Shown: positions 8,212-16,636 of the stretch, in pieces | Layout of the letters: each line of letters begins with the position of its first letter | Position numbering within the stretch: the stretch's first letter is position 1 | NCBI GenBank assembly: GCA_045129715.1 | Contig: JBGVKA010000070.1 | Coordinates: forward strand, 1 to 32,970 | Direction of reading: 5' to 3' | From: Eubacteriales bacterium | GTDB lineage: Bacteria; Bacillota; Clostridia; Oscillospirales; CAG-272 | DNA length: 32,970 bases | The notes under the pieces: model-generated | Seen by the model: the letters and a program-made list of their open reading frames with translations, nothing else | Told to the model about the DNA's origin: nothing | The model's database searches: none | Position numbers and translations under genes: made by a program

Positions 8212-8832
8212 ATGACGCTTGAAGAAACCAAACAGAGAATGCTTTCGGGTAAGGTCTACTATCCTTCGGGAGACGATCTTATGGCTGAGCAGAGTGAGGC
8301 TCTTGAGAAGCTTTACGATTACAACGCTACCCGTCCCTCCGAAAAGGAAAAACGCGAGGAGCTTCTTCGCGAGATGTTTGCCGAGATCGGTACGGGTTGC
8401 TATATCGAGCCGCCTCTTCACGCCAATTGGGGCGGAAGACACACTCATTTCGGTGATAACGTTTACGCGAATTTCAACCTGACGCTCGTTGACGATGCTC
8501 ATATATACGTCGGTGACGGAACTATGTTCGCGCCAAACGTCGTGGTATCCACCGCGGCACATCCCATCGATCCAACGCTCAGAGCGGGCGCGTATCAGTT
8601 CAATCTTGACGTGCATATAGGAAAGAACGTCTGGATCGGCGCAGGTGCCTTGATAATGCCGGGCGTTACGATAGGTGATAACAGCGTTATCGGTGCGGGA
8701 AGCGTGGTCACGCGCGATATTCCTGCGGGAGTGGTAGCGTTTGGAACGCCCTGCAGAGTTATCCGCGAAATAGGAGAGCACGATAAGATATATTATCACG
8801 GTGATAAGAAGATAGACTACGAGAATTTATAA
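8212..8832 (+). CDS. Sugar O-acetyltransferase (maltose/galactoside acetyltransferase, Maa/LacA family)
   Basis: RMLSGKVY, IEPPLHANWG, VYANFNLTLVDD, hexapeptide repeats and GAGSVVTRDIP. GAGGAG RBS before the ATG at 8212. Confidence 0.93.
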   Translation: MTLEETKQRMLSGKVYYPSGDDLMAEQSEALEKLYDYNATRPSEKEKREELLREMFAEIGTGCYIEPPLHANWGGRHTHFGDNVYANFNLTLVDDAHIYVGDGTMFAPNVVVSTAAHPIDPTLRAGAYQFNLDVHIGKNVWIGAGALIMPGVTIGDNSVIGAGSVVTRDIPAGVVAFGTPCRVIREIGEHDKIYYHGDKKIDYENL

Positions 8833-8948
8833 CACGGTCGGAGTCGTTTTCGGGATCCCGTGGCAAAGCTGCGTTGACAACGGCTTTAAAATGCCACATT
8901 TCGCCAAAAAGATCACACAAATTATACGGTTTATACGGTAGGTTAAAT

Positions 8949-10172
8949 ATGGAATCGATCAGAAGCTTATATAAAATAGGAAGAGGTCCTTCGTCCTCAC
9001 ATACGATGGGGCCTGAGCGCGCGTGCAAGATAGCAAAGGAAAGATATCCCGAGGCTACCTCGTTTGCGGTTACACTCTTTGGCTCGCTTGCCCTGACGGG
9101 TATAGGACACGGTACGGACAGAATAGTCCGCGAGACCTTTGCCCCCACCCCGTGTGAAATTATAGTTGATAAGGAGTCGCATACTCCCGTGCATCCCAAT
9201 ACGATGAATATTGAGGCTAAGCGCGGCGGCGAGGTGCTCGGTGCCATGACGGTATACAGTATCGGCGGCGGCTCGATCGAGATCGAGGGGGAGGGAAAGG
9301 CGGCAAGTGCCCCCGAGATATACCCTCACTCAAGCTTCAGCGAGATCGCAGAGGTGTGCAGAAGGGAAAACGTAAGACTTTACGAGTACGTGCTCAAATA
9401 CGAGGGCGAGGATATATACGACTATCTTAACGAGGTATGGGACGTTATGAAAAACTCCATACACGAGGGACTCTCGACCACGGGCACACTTCCCGGCGGT
9501 CTCGGTACGAAAAGAAAGGCGAGAATACTCTTCGAGAAGAACCACATAGACGAGTCGGCACAGACGAGAGAAAACCGTCTCGTATCGGCTTACGCCTTTG
9601 CTGTGAGTGAGCAGAATGCAGGTGGCGGAACTATTGCAACGGCTCCAACCTGCGGATCGTGTGGAGTTTTGCCCTCGGTTCTTAAGTATATGCAGGATTC
9701 TCGCGGCTTTAGTGACAAACAGATATACAACGCGCTCGCAACCGCGGCACTTATCGGAAACCTGATAAGGACCAACGCATCCATCAGCGGTGCGGAATGC
9801 GGATGCCAGGCGGAGATAGGCTCGGCTTGTTCTATGGCGGCTGCGGCTCTCGGTGAGCTTTTCGGCATGGGACTCGATCAGATAGAATACGCCGCAGAGG
9901 TTGCTATGGAGCATCACCTCGGTCTTACCTGCGATCCCATTTGCGGACTCGTGCAGATACCCTGCATCGAGAGAAACGCGGTTGCGGCAATGAGAGCAAT
10001 AAACGCGCTTTCTCTTGCAAACTTCCTTTCCGATTCAAGAAAGATCACCTTCGATCTTATCGTAAGAACGATGTATAACACCGGTCTTGATCTTCCTCTC
10101 GGATACAGAGAGACGTCGGTCGGCGGTCTTGCAAAATACTATCCTGTAGAGACGGGACTCGACGTTGATTGA
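8949..10172 (+). CDS. sdaA: L-serine ammonia-lyase, Fe-S dependent, single chain
   Basis: GPSSSHTMGP, GSLALTGIGHGTD, SIGGG, TAPTCGSCG, SISGAECGCQAE and HHLGLTCDP..GLVQIPCIERN. Confidence 0.95.
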   Translation: MESIRSLYKIGRGPSSSHTMGPERACKIAKERYPEATSFAVTLFGSLALTGIGHGTDRIVRETFAPTPCEIIVDKESHTPVHPNTMNIEAKRGGEVLGAMTVYSIGGGSIEIEGEGKAASAPEIYPHSSFSEIAEVCRRENVRLYEYVLKYEGEDIYDYLNEVWDVMKNSIHEGLSTTGTLPGGLGTKRKARILFEKNHIDESAQTRENRLVSAYAFAVSEQNAGGGTIATAPTCGSCGVLPSVLKYMQDSRGFSDKQIYNALATAALIGNLIRTNASISGAECGCQAEIGSACSMAAAALGELFGMGLDQIEYAAEVAMEHHLGLTCDPICGLVQIPCIERNAVAAMRAINALSLANFLSDSRKITFDLIVRTMYNTGLDLPLGYRETSVGGLAKYYPVETGLDVD

Positions 10173-10196
10173 CGAAAAATGTAAATAATAATTAGC

Positions 10197-10243
10197 AAAA
10201 ACCGTATCATTCAAAGCCCTGCGCTTGAAAGGATACGGTTTTT
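10197..10243 (+). terminator. Terminator of sdaA
   Basis: AAAAACCGTATC ... GATACGGTTTTT. Confidence 0.8.
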
Positions 10244-10570
10244 AGCTTGGGATTTAAAAGACGGAGCTCATAAAAAATACGGCTGCGCAAAGCTCTTTTT
10301 TGCGTAGCTTGGAGCTATGGCTTTCCTTTTTTGCGCGTGAAATGAAGCTCGCTTTTTTCGTTTTCGGTGCTTTGTGCGGTGCTTTTTGGTTTCGGAGCGC
10401 TCTGGGGGTGTGCCTTTGTGATTTCGGCTCGCGGTGGACCGTGTCTTTTTGTTTTTTGAGTGCGCTTCGGGTGTCCCAAAAAATACCACTTGATTTTTTT
10501 GACAAAATGGTGTATAATGTAACGGTATTGCGCGTTTTTTCGACATTTCAATTTTGAAAAGGTAAAAAGT

Positions 10571-11884
10571 ATGGACGTTAATTATAAAAACCCAAAAAGG
10601 TATAAAACCGCTAAATATCCCATTCGTCAGCCGCTCTTCTTCGTGTGGCTTATACGCGTGCTCTCAAAGATAATGCTTATCGGCAAAAAGAAGAAGATCG
10701 AGAAGATCGGTATGGACGGCTTGAAGGGACCTTATATCCTTCTCAGTAACCATATGTCCTTCATTGACTTTGAGCTCGTTGCTATGGCTACGGGGTACAG
10801 AAGAGTTAACAACGTCGTAAACATTGACGGCTTCTACCGCCGTCCCTGGCTTCTCGAGCTTATCGGTGCGATCTGCACGAGAAAGTTTACGATGGATATA
10901 CATCTCATAAGATCGATACACAAGGTGCTCGAAAGAGGAGACGTTCTTTGTATGTATCCCGAGGCGAGATATTCTCCCTCAGGCACCACCTCGTATCTGC
11001 CCGACTCTCTCGGAATTTTGCTCAAGAGATGCAAGGTTCCCGTAGTCGTTGCGATACACCGCGGAAATTATCTTCATTCTCCCTTCTGGAACTTCCGCAA
11101 AAAGCGTAAGGTTCCGCTCTACTCGACCTTCACTAAGGTGTTTACTCCCGAGGATCTTGAATTCCTTTCGGTTGATGAAATAAATGCAAGACTCAGAGCT
11201 GCGTTTGAGTACGACGAGTACGCTTACCAGAAGGATAACGGTATACTTATCACCGAGCCCTACAGAGCAGAGGGAATACACAAGATACTTTATAAGTGCC
11301 CCCACTGTAAGTGTGAGTCGAATATGACCTCGTCGGGAAGTGAGATATATTGCCCCGATTGTAAAAAGATCTGGACTCTCAACGAGGACGGAAGCATCTC
11401 TGCGAATAACGGCGAGACCGAGTTTTCCCGCGTGCCCGATTGGTTTGAGTGGGAAAGAGCCGAGGTCAGAGCCGAGATCGAGAGAGGCGAATATTCCTTC
11501 TTCGACGAGGTTGAGGTCTACTCGATGCCTCGTTGCTGGAAATTCGAGGATCTCGGAAAAGCAACTCTTAAGCACGATACGGAAGAAGGCTTCGTTCTCG
11601 AGGGCTTCTACAGAGGCAAGGATTACCGCATTCAGAGAACTCCCATGCAGACGAACAGTCTTCACGTTGAGTACGATTTCTTGAGATACAAGCCCTTCGA
11701 CTGTATCGATATATCCACCGAGAACGATTCGTTCTATTGCTATCCCAAAAAGAAGAACGTTATCACGAAGCTCGGCTTTGCGACCGAGGAGATATTCAAG
11801 ATCGCCCATGAAAACGCAAAGAAGAAGAGAGCTCATATCGTTCGCGAAAATAAGAATAATGAGATCAAAGTAGCAAATATGTAA
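10571..11884 (+). CDS. Lysophospholipid (PlsC-like) acyltransferase with a C-terminal CxxC..CxxC domain
   Basis: NHMSFID (HX4D) and MYPEAR motifs, plus YKCPHC and YCPDC. Promoter TTGATT-17-TATAAT at 10490-10518. Confidence 0.85.
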   Translation: MDVNYKNPKRYKTAKYPIRQPLFFVWLIRVLSKIMLIGKKKKIEKIGMDGLKGPYILLSNHMSFIDFELVAMATGYRRVNNVVNIDGFYRRPWLLELIGAICTRKFTMDIHLIRSIHKVLERGDVLCMYPEARYSPSGTTSYLPDSLGILLKRCKVPVVVAIHRGNYLHSPFWNFRKKRKVPLYSTFTKVFTPEDLEFLSVDEINARLRAAFEYDEYAYQKDNGILITEPYRAEGIHKILYKCPHCKCESNMTSSGSEIYCPDCKKIWTLNEDGSISANNGETEFSRVPDWFEWERAEVRAEIERGEYSFFDEVEVYSMPRCWKFEDLGKATLKHDTEEGFVLEGFYRGKDYRIQRTPMQTNSLHVEYDFLRYKPFDCIDISTENDSFYCYPKKKNVITKLGFATEEIFKIAHENAKKKRAHIVRENKNNEIKVANM

Positions 11885-11914
11885 ATAAAAGTTATATTAT
11901 TTGTTATAAAAAGA

Positions 11915-11978
11915 AAAAAGCAGGAGCAGCGGCGTGATGTTTCGTTATAATCTCACGTTGGCAGAGCTCCTGCTTTTT
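11915..11978. terminator. Bidirectional terminator hairpin
   Basis: AAAAAGCAGGAGC / GCTCCTGCTTTTT with an inner stem, between convergent genes. Confidence 0.75.
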
Positions 11979-11991
11979 GACTGTATTCGGT

Positions 11992-12942
11992 TTAAACGTT
12001 CCACTCGTTTTCAAAATCCCTAAGGGCGTTAACGTAGAGGTCTCTTCCAACGGGGAAGGCAAGGCCGTGTCCCGCACCTGAGATCTTAACGTTTCTTTTG
12101 TGCTTGGATACGCACGCCTCGTAGAGCTCGTCACTCATTGAGTCCGGCACGAAGGCATCGGTGTCTCCGTGGATGAATATTATCGGGATAGAGCATCTTT
12201 TCATAGCCTCGATGGGAGTGTCCTCCTCAAGATCAAAGCCTCCGAAAATTCGTGCTCCGAGCTTAACGAAGGGATACAGTATCCGGTCGGGAAGCTTCAT
12301 ATCGCGAATGACCTTTTTTATGATATCCTTCTGCGAGGAGTAGGGACAGTCCGCAAGCGTGCATACGACGTTTTCGGGGAGTTTTTCGCCCGATGCCATA
12401 AGAACGGTTGCCGCGCCCATTGAAACTCCGGTAAGAACGAGCTTAACGTCCTCTCCAAAGTGCTTCACTGCAAAATCTATCCAGCTTAAAACGTCACGCT
12501 TTTCGCGTACTCCAAAGGTGATAACGCTTCCGTCACTTTTGCCGCTCGCGCGGTTGTCGATAATAAGCGCGTTTCTTCCAAGAGAAAAGCAACGCTCGAT
12601 ACCGCCCGAGAGATCCCTCTCGGCATTTCCTTGATATCCGTGGAAAAGAAGCTCGGTTATAGCGCCCTTTTTGTATTCGTAATATTTGCCTCTGAGGGTA
12701 AGACCGTCGTACGAGGTGATGCTGAAGTCCTCGTGGGGAAGAGTTCTTACCTCTTTTGTCCAGGCGATGATATCGTCCCTGAAGACCTCGTATATCTCGC
12801 CTTTTGGTATCTCGTATTCGTCCTCACCGAGCACTTTTCTTTTCGGAGAGTAAAAGACCTTGATGAAGCAAATAAAAGATACGAGAAGAACGAGAACGGC
12901 GAATCCGAAAAGGACTGAAAAGATCCAAAGAAAAGGATTCAT
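11992..12942 (-). CDS. Membrane-anchored alpha/beta hydrolase (YqkD-like)
   Basis: N-terminal TM helix, FHGY, GVSMG nucleophile elbow, HGDTDAFVP and GAGHG. Confidence 0.9.
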   Translation of the reverse strand: MNPFLWIFSVLFGFAVLVLLVSFICFIKVFYSPKRKVLGEDEYEIPKGEIYEVFRDDIIAWTKEVRTLPHEDFSITSYDGLTLRGKYYEYKKGAITELLFHGYQGNAERDLSGGIERCFSLGRNALIIDNRASGKSDGSVITFGVREKRDVLSWIDFAVKHFGEDVKLVLTGVSMGAATVLMASGEKLPENVVCTLADCPYSSQKDIIKKVIRDMKLPDRILYPFVKLGARIFGGFDLEEDTPIEAMKRCSIPIIFIHGDTDAFVPDSMSDELYEACVSKHKRNVKISGAGHGLAFPVGRDLYVNALRDFENEWNV

Positions 12943-12998
12943 CGAAAATTCCTCTTTCGCTTTATGTGTGAAATGATTAAAAACAAATGAAAATAAAC

Positions 12999-13040
12999 AA
13001 GCCGAGTTTGAGCTGTTTTTTGAGGCTCAAACTCGGCTTT
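12999..13040 (-). terminator. thrS terminator
   Basis: AAGCCGAGTTTGAGC / GCTCAAACTCGGCTT inverted repeat. Confidence 0.8.
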
Positions 13041-13064
13041 ATGTCTTGAAATGTAAATGTTAGA

Positions 13065-14843
13065 TTACAATCCCAATACGTTTGCTCTGTTGGAGTTCTC
13101 GTCTTTGATCTTGGCAAGGAATTCGTCAAGAGGCATGGTGGTTGTCTGCGCGGTGTCGCGGTTACGGATAGCAACGGTGCCGTTCTCAGCCTCCTGCTGA
13201 CCGATAATTACCATGTAGGGAACTCTTCCGACGACCTGAGCCTCACGGATCATATATCCGATCTTCTCGTTTCTGTCGTCAAGCTCGCAACGGATCTTAG
13301 CATCCTTGAGTGCCTCGTAAACCTTGCTTCCGTACTCTGCCGCCTTCTCGGAGACGAGAAGAACCTTTGCCTGAGTGGGAGCGAGCCAAAGCGGGAACTT
13401 ACCTGCGAAGTGCTCGGTGAGGATACCGATGAAGCGTTCGATGGAGCCGTAGCAAACTCTGTGGATCATAATAGGTCTCTGCTTCTCATTGTTTTCGTCG
13501 GTGTACTCAAGACCGAAGTTGAGAGGAAGCTGGAAGTCGAGCTGGATGGTGCCGCACTGCCAGGTTCTTCCGAGAGTGTCTTCGAGGTGGAAGTCGATCT
13601 TGGGACCGTAGAACGCTCCGTCACCCTCGTTGATGATGTAGGGAAGACCGAGCTTATCGAGAGCTGCCTTAAGACCTTCGGTAGCTGCATTCCAATCCTC
13701 GTCGCTGCCCATACTGTTTTCGGGTCTTGTGGAAAGCTCAACGGTGTACTTGAAGCCGAACTTGGTGTATACCTCGTTGATAAGGTCAACGACCGCGATG
13801 ATCTCGTCGGTGATCTGCTCGCGTCTCATAAATACGTGAGCGTCGTCCTGTGTGAAGCAACGAACACGGAACAAGCCGTGAAGAGCACCCTTGAGCTCGT
13901 GACGGTGAACGAGACCGAGCTCGCCTACTCTAAGGGGAAGCTCACGGTAGCTGTGGGGCTGATTCTTGTATACGAGAACTCCGCCGGGGCAGTTCATAGG
14001 CTTAACGCAGAAGGTCTCGCCGTCGATCTCGGTGGAATACATATTGTCCTTGTAGTGATCCCAGTGTCCGCTCGTTTCCCAAAGCTGACGGTTCATGATA
14101 AGGGGAGTGGATACCTCTACGTAATTCTCACGGGAGTGGATCTCTCTCCAATAATCGATAAGAGCGTTCTTAAGAAGCATACCCTTGGGAAGGAAGAAGG
14201 GGAATCCGGGAGCTTCGTCACGGAACATAAAGAGTCCCATTTCCTTACCTATTCTTCTGTGGTCGCGCTTTTCAGCCTCCTCGAGAAGCTTAAGATAATC
14301 GTCAAGCTCCTGCTGAGTCTTGAAGGCGGTTCCCTTAACTCTTGTGAGCATCTTGTTGTTCTTGTCGTTCTTCCAATAAGCACCGGAAACGCCGGTAAGC
14401 TTGAACGCCTTGAGGGCTTTGGTATAGCAGAGGTGAGGTCCGGTACACATATCAACGTACTCGCCCTGAGTGAAGAAGCTGATCTCAGCATCGGGAGCGA
14501 GGTCACCGATGTGCTCGACCTTGTACTTTTCTCCTCTGGATTCCATAAGAGCGATAGCCTCTCTACGAGGAAGAATGGAAGGTCTTATGGGAAGGTTTTC
14601 CTTGCAGATCTTCTTCATCTCCGCCTCGATCTTGGGAAGATCCTCTTCTGCGAGAGTCTTGTCACCGAGATCTACGTCGTAGTAGAAGCCCTTCTCGTTT
14701 GCGGGGCCGTAAGCAAAATCAGCCTCGGGCCAAAGTCTTTTGATTGCCTGCGCCATAATGTGCGCGGCAGTGTGACGGAGTATATGGAGCTCCTCCTCGG
14801 GAGCACACTCGCCTGCCACACCGTTTGCGTAAATTACTTTCAT
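13065..14843 (-). CDS. thrS: Threonine--tRNA ligase (short form without the TGS/N1 domain)
   Basis: RHTAAH, DMCTGPH, GAYW, KRDHRRIG, KPMNCPG, GLFRVRCFTQDDAH, GAFYGPKID and QCGTIQLDF. Confidence 0.98.
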   Translation of the reverse strand: MKVIYANGVAGECAPEEELHILRHTAAHIMAQAIKRLWPEADFAYGPANEKGFYYDVDLGDKTLAEEDLPKIEAEMKKICKENLPIRPSILPRREAIALMESRGEKYKVEHIGDLAPDAEISFFTQGEYVDMCTGPHLCYTKALKAFKLTGVSGAYWKNDKNNKMLTRVKGTAFKTQQELDDYLKLLEEAEKRDHRRIGKEMGLFMFRDEAPGFPFFLPKGMLLKNALIDYWREIHSRENYVEVSTPLIMNRQLWETSGHWDHYKDNMYSTEIDGETFCVKPMNCPGGVLVYKNQPHSYRELPLRVGELGLVHRHELKGALHGLFRVRCFTQDDAHVFMRREQITDEIIAVVDLINEVYTKFGFKYTVELSTRPENSMGSDEDWNAATEGLKAALDKLGLPYIINEGDGAFYGPKIDFHLEDTLGRTWQCGTIQLDFQLPLNFGLEYTDENNEKQRPIMIHRVCYGSIERFIGILTEHFAGKFPLWLAPTQAKVLLVSEKAAEYGSKVYEALKDAKIRCELDDRNEKIGYMIREAQVVGRVPYMVIIGQQEAENGTVAIRNRDTAQTTTMPLDEFLAKIKDENSNRANVLGL

Positions 14844-14871
14844 AGTTTTATCTCCTGAAATTTATTTTTAA

Positions 14872-15120
14872 AATAAAAATTCCCTCGGGGGCACTTGCCT
14901 CCAAGGGTGCATAAAATTATACACGGTTCCACCTTGAATTTAACTCACGGATAAAATCCAATCTCTTAACGCGAGACAGACGGCACGGCTTTATGCAAAA
15001 TGCGGTTCGCCGGCGGCTCGGGAGTGGTCTTCATAAAACGGACTGCAAGGAAGCTTCCAGCAAACGCTCCCCTCTCTGTATACCCTTCGTTTTACTACTC
15101 TTTCCGTCGTAGCCTTTGGT
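14872..15120 (-). promoter_or_regulatory. T-box riboswitch (Thr)
   Basis: AGAGA and GCTG stem-I motifs, specifier GAAG-ACC (15028-15026, a Thr codon), T-box AAGGTGGAACCGTG (14935-14922) and terminator CCCTTGGAGGCA..CCCCCGAGGG with a U-rich tail. Confidence 0.93.
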
Positions 15121-15126
15121 GATGAT

Positions 15127-15155
15127 ATTATATCATCAAAGCGTCTTTTTGTCAA
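15127..15155 (-). promoter_or_regulatory. Consensus sigma-A promoter of thrS
   Basis: TTGACA-17bp-TATAAT with extended TG. Confidence 0.85.
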
Positions 15156-15275
15156 TACGTAAAGCTTAAAAGCTTAAAAGTTTTTTGTAAGCGGCAGGGG
15201 AGGCGAGCTTTTGCCTGCATTTTTGGTGCGCGTGAGATATTTTTTCTCGCGCGGTGACATTTTTGGACTTCAAGA

Positions 15276-15304
15276 TTGACAACGCCTCTTTTATATGATA
15301 AAAT
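15276..15304 (+). promoter_or_regulatory. Sigma-A promoter of the ThyX-like/pth/mfd operon
   Basis: TTGACA-17bp-TAAAAT with extended TG. Confidence 0.8.
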
Positions 15305-15340
15305 ATATATTCGTAAAATAAAAAAATATGGAGAATTTTT

Positions 15341-15976
15341 ATGTTAAAGGTTGAGAGAATTTCCGTAATGAATATGGAAAACGCCATAAGAGGCGCGAGA
15401 AATCCCATGAACAGCTGGGCGCGTATGGACAGCTATTACGATGAAAAGGGCAATTTCGTGCTCGGCGAAAACGATCTTTCTCTTGCGAGCCGCCTTGCCG
15501 CCGCAGGAAGCGATCACAGAAAGTTTTTGCGCCAGATCATAGTTTCTATGGATATCACGGCTCCGCTTTATTGGTGGAAGGAGTTTGATACCTACAAGGT
15601 AGGCACCGTTGCAAACTCCTGCTCGACGATGCATAAAATTCAGGCTAAAGAATTTTCAAGAGAGGATTTCTCCTGCGATAGAATGACGGACGAGGCTCTT
15701 GCGGTTCTCGATTCCGTAATAGCCTTCCTTGAGGCTGAGAGAATTAAGTTCAACGAGACGAAGGAAAAGGCACCCTGGCACAATATGATCCAGCTCCTCC
15801 CCTCATCCTTCAATCAGATGAGAACGGTGAGCTTGAATTACGAGGTGCTTATCAACGTATATTATGCAAGACGTCATCATAAGCTTGCAGAGTGGCATAC
15901 TCTTTGCGATGCCATCGAGAGCCTTCCTTATGCTAACGAGCTCATTCTCGTCAAGAAGGAAAAGAGTGCGGAATAA
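15341..15976 (+). CDS. Conserved hypothetical protein, divergent ThyX-like family (often phage-encoded)
   Basis: GARNPMNSW, HRKFLRQI, APLYWWKEFDTYK, NSCSTMHK, QLLP and RRHHKLAEW. Layout resembles ThyX but lacks the RHRxxS motif. Confidence 0.6.
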   Translation: MLKVERISVMNMENAIRGARNPMNSWARMDSYYDEKGNFVLGENDLSLASRLAAAGSDHRKFLRQIIVSMDITAPLYWWKEFDTYKVGTVANSCSTMHKIQAKEFSREDFSCDRMTDEALAVLDSVIAFLEAERIKFNETKEKAPWHNMIQLLPSSFNQMRTVSLNYEVLINVYYARRHHKLAEWHTLCDAIESLPYANELILVKKEKSAE

Positions 15977-16602
15977 TGGCGAATATATTCGATTTGTTTA
16001 AGAAGATAGAGTCGTCCTCCTCCTCCGCGCTCCCCGTGACGCATATCGTCGTAGGACTCGGAAACGTAGGCAAGGAATATGAGAACACCCGTCACAACGC
16101 AGGCTTTATAGCTATTGACGCGCTTGCTGAAAAATGCGGGGTAAGGATCGACCGTGTGAAGTTTCACGCGCTTGTCAGTGAGGCTACCGTCTCGGGAAAA
16201 AGAGTCTTACTTATGAAGCCCACGACGTATATGAACAACTCCGGCGTTGCTATAGGCGAGGCGGCAGCTTTTTATAAGATACCGCCCGAGAACGTTATAG
16301 TTCTTCACGATGAGATAAGCTTTGACGTCGGCGTTATCAGAATAAGAAGAAAGGGCTCTGCGGGAGGTCATAACGGACTTAAGAGCATCATAGCGCATCT
16401 TTCGTCCGATGCGTTCCCGAGGATCAAAATAGGAGTCGGAAAAAAGCCCTCTCCCGATTACGATCTGGTTGATTTCGTGCTTGGAAGATTTTCCGAGGGG
16501 GATCTTAAGGCTCTTAAGGAAAAGAACTCCGAGATCATTTCCGCTACCGAGCTTATGGTGGACGGTAAGATCGAGGAAGCAATGAATAAATTTTCAAAAT
16601 AA
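15976..16602 (+). CDS. pth: Peptidyl-tRNA hydrolase
   Basis: VGLGN, TRHNAGF, KPTTYMNNSG and GSAGGHNGLKS. TAATG overlap with the upstream gene. Confidence 0.97.
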   Translation: MANIFDLFKKIESSSSSALPVTHIVVGLGNVGKEYENTRHNAGFIAIDALAEKCGVRIDRVKFHALVSEATVSGKRVLLMKPTTYMNNSGVAIGEAAAFYKIPPENVIVLHDEISFDVGVIRIRRKGSAGGHNGLKSIIAHLSSDAFPRIKIGVGKKPSPDYDLVDFVLGRFSEGDLKALKEKNSEIISATELMVDGKIEEAMNKFSK

Positions 16603-16636
16603 ACTGTTTTTGTAAACAATAATTTGCAAAAGCACC

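Noticed and set aside
10254-10557. Four overlapping 78-92 aa ORFs
   Set aside because: They result from low-complexity, stop-poor skewed sequence and have no RBS or motifs.
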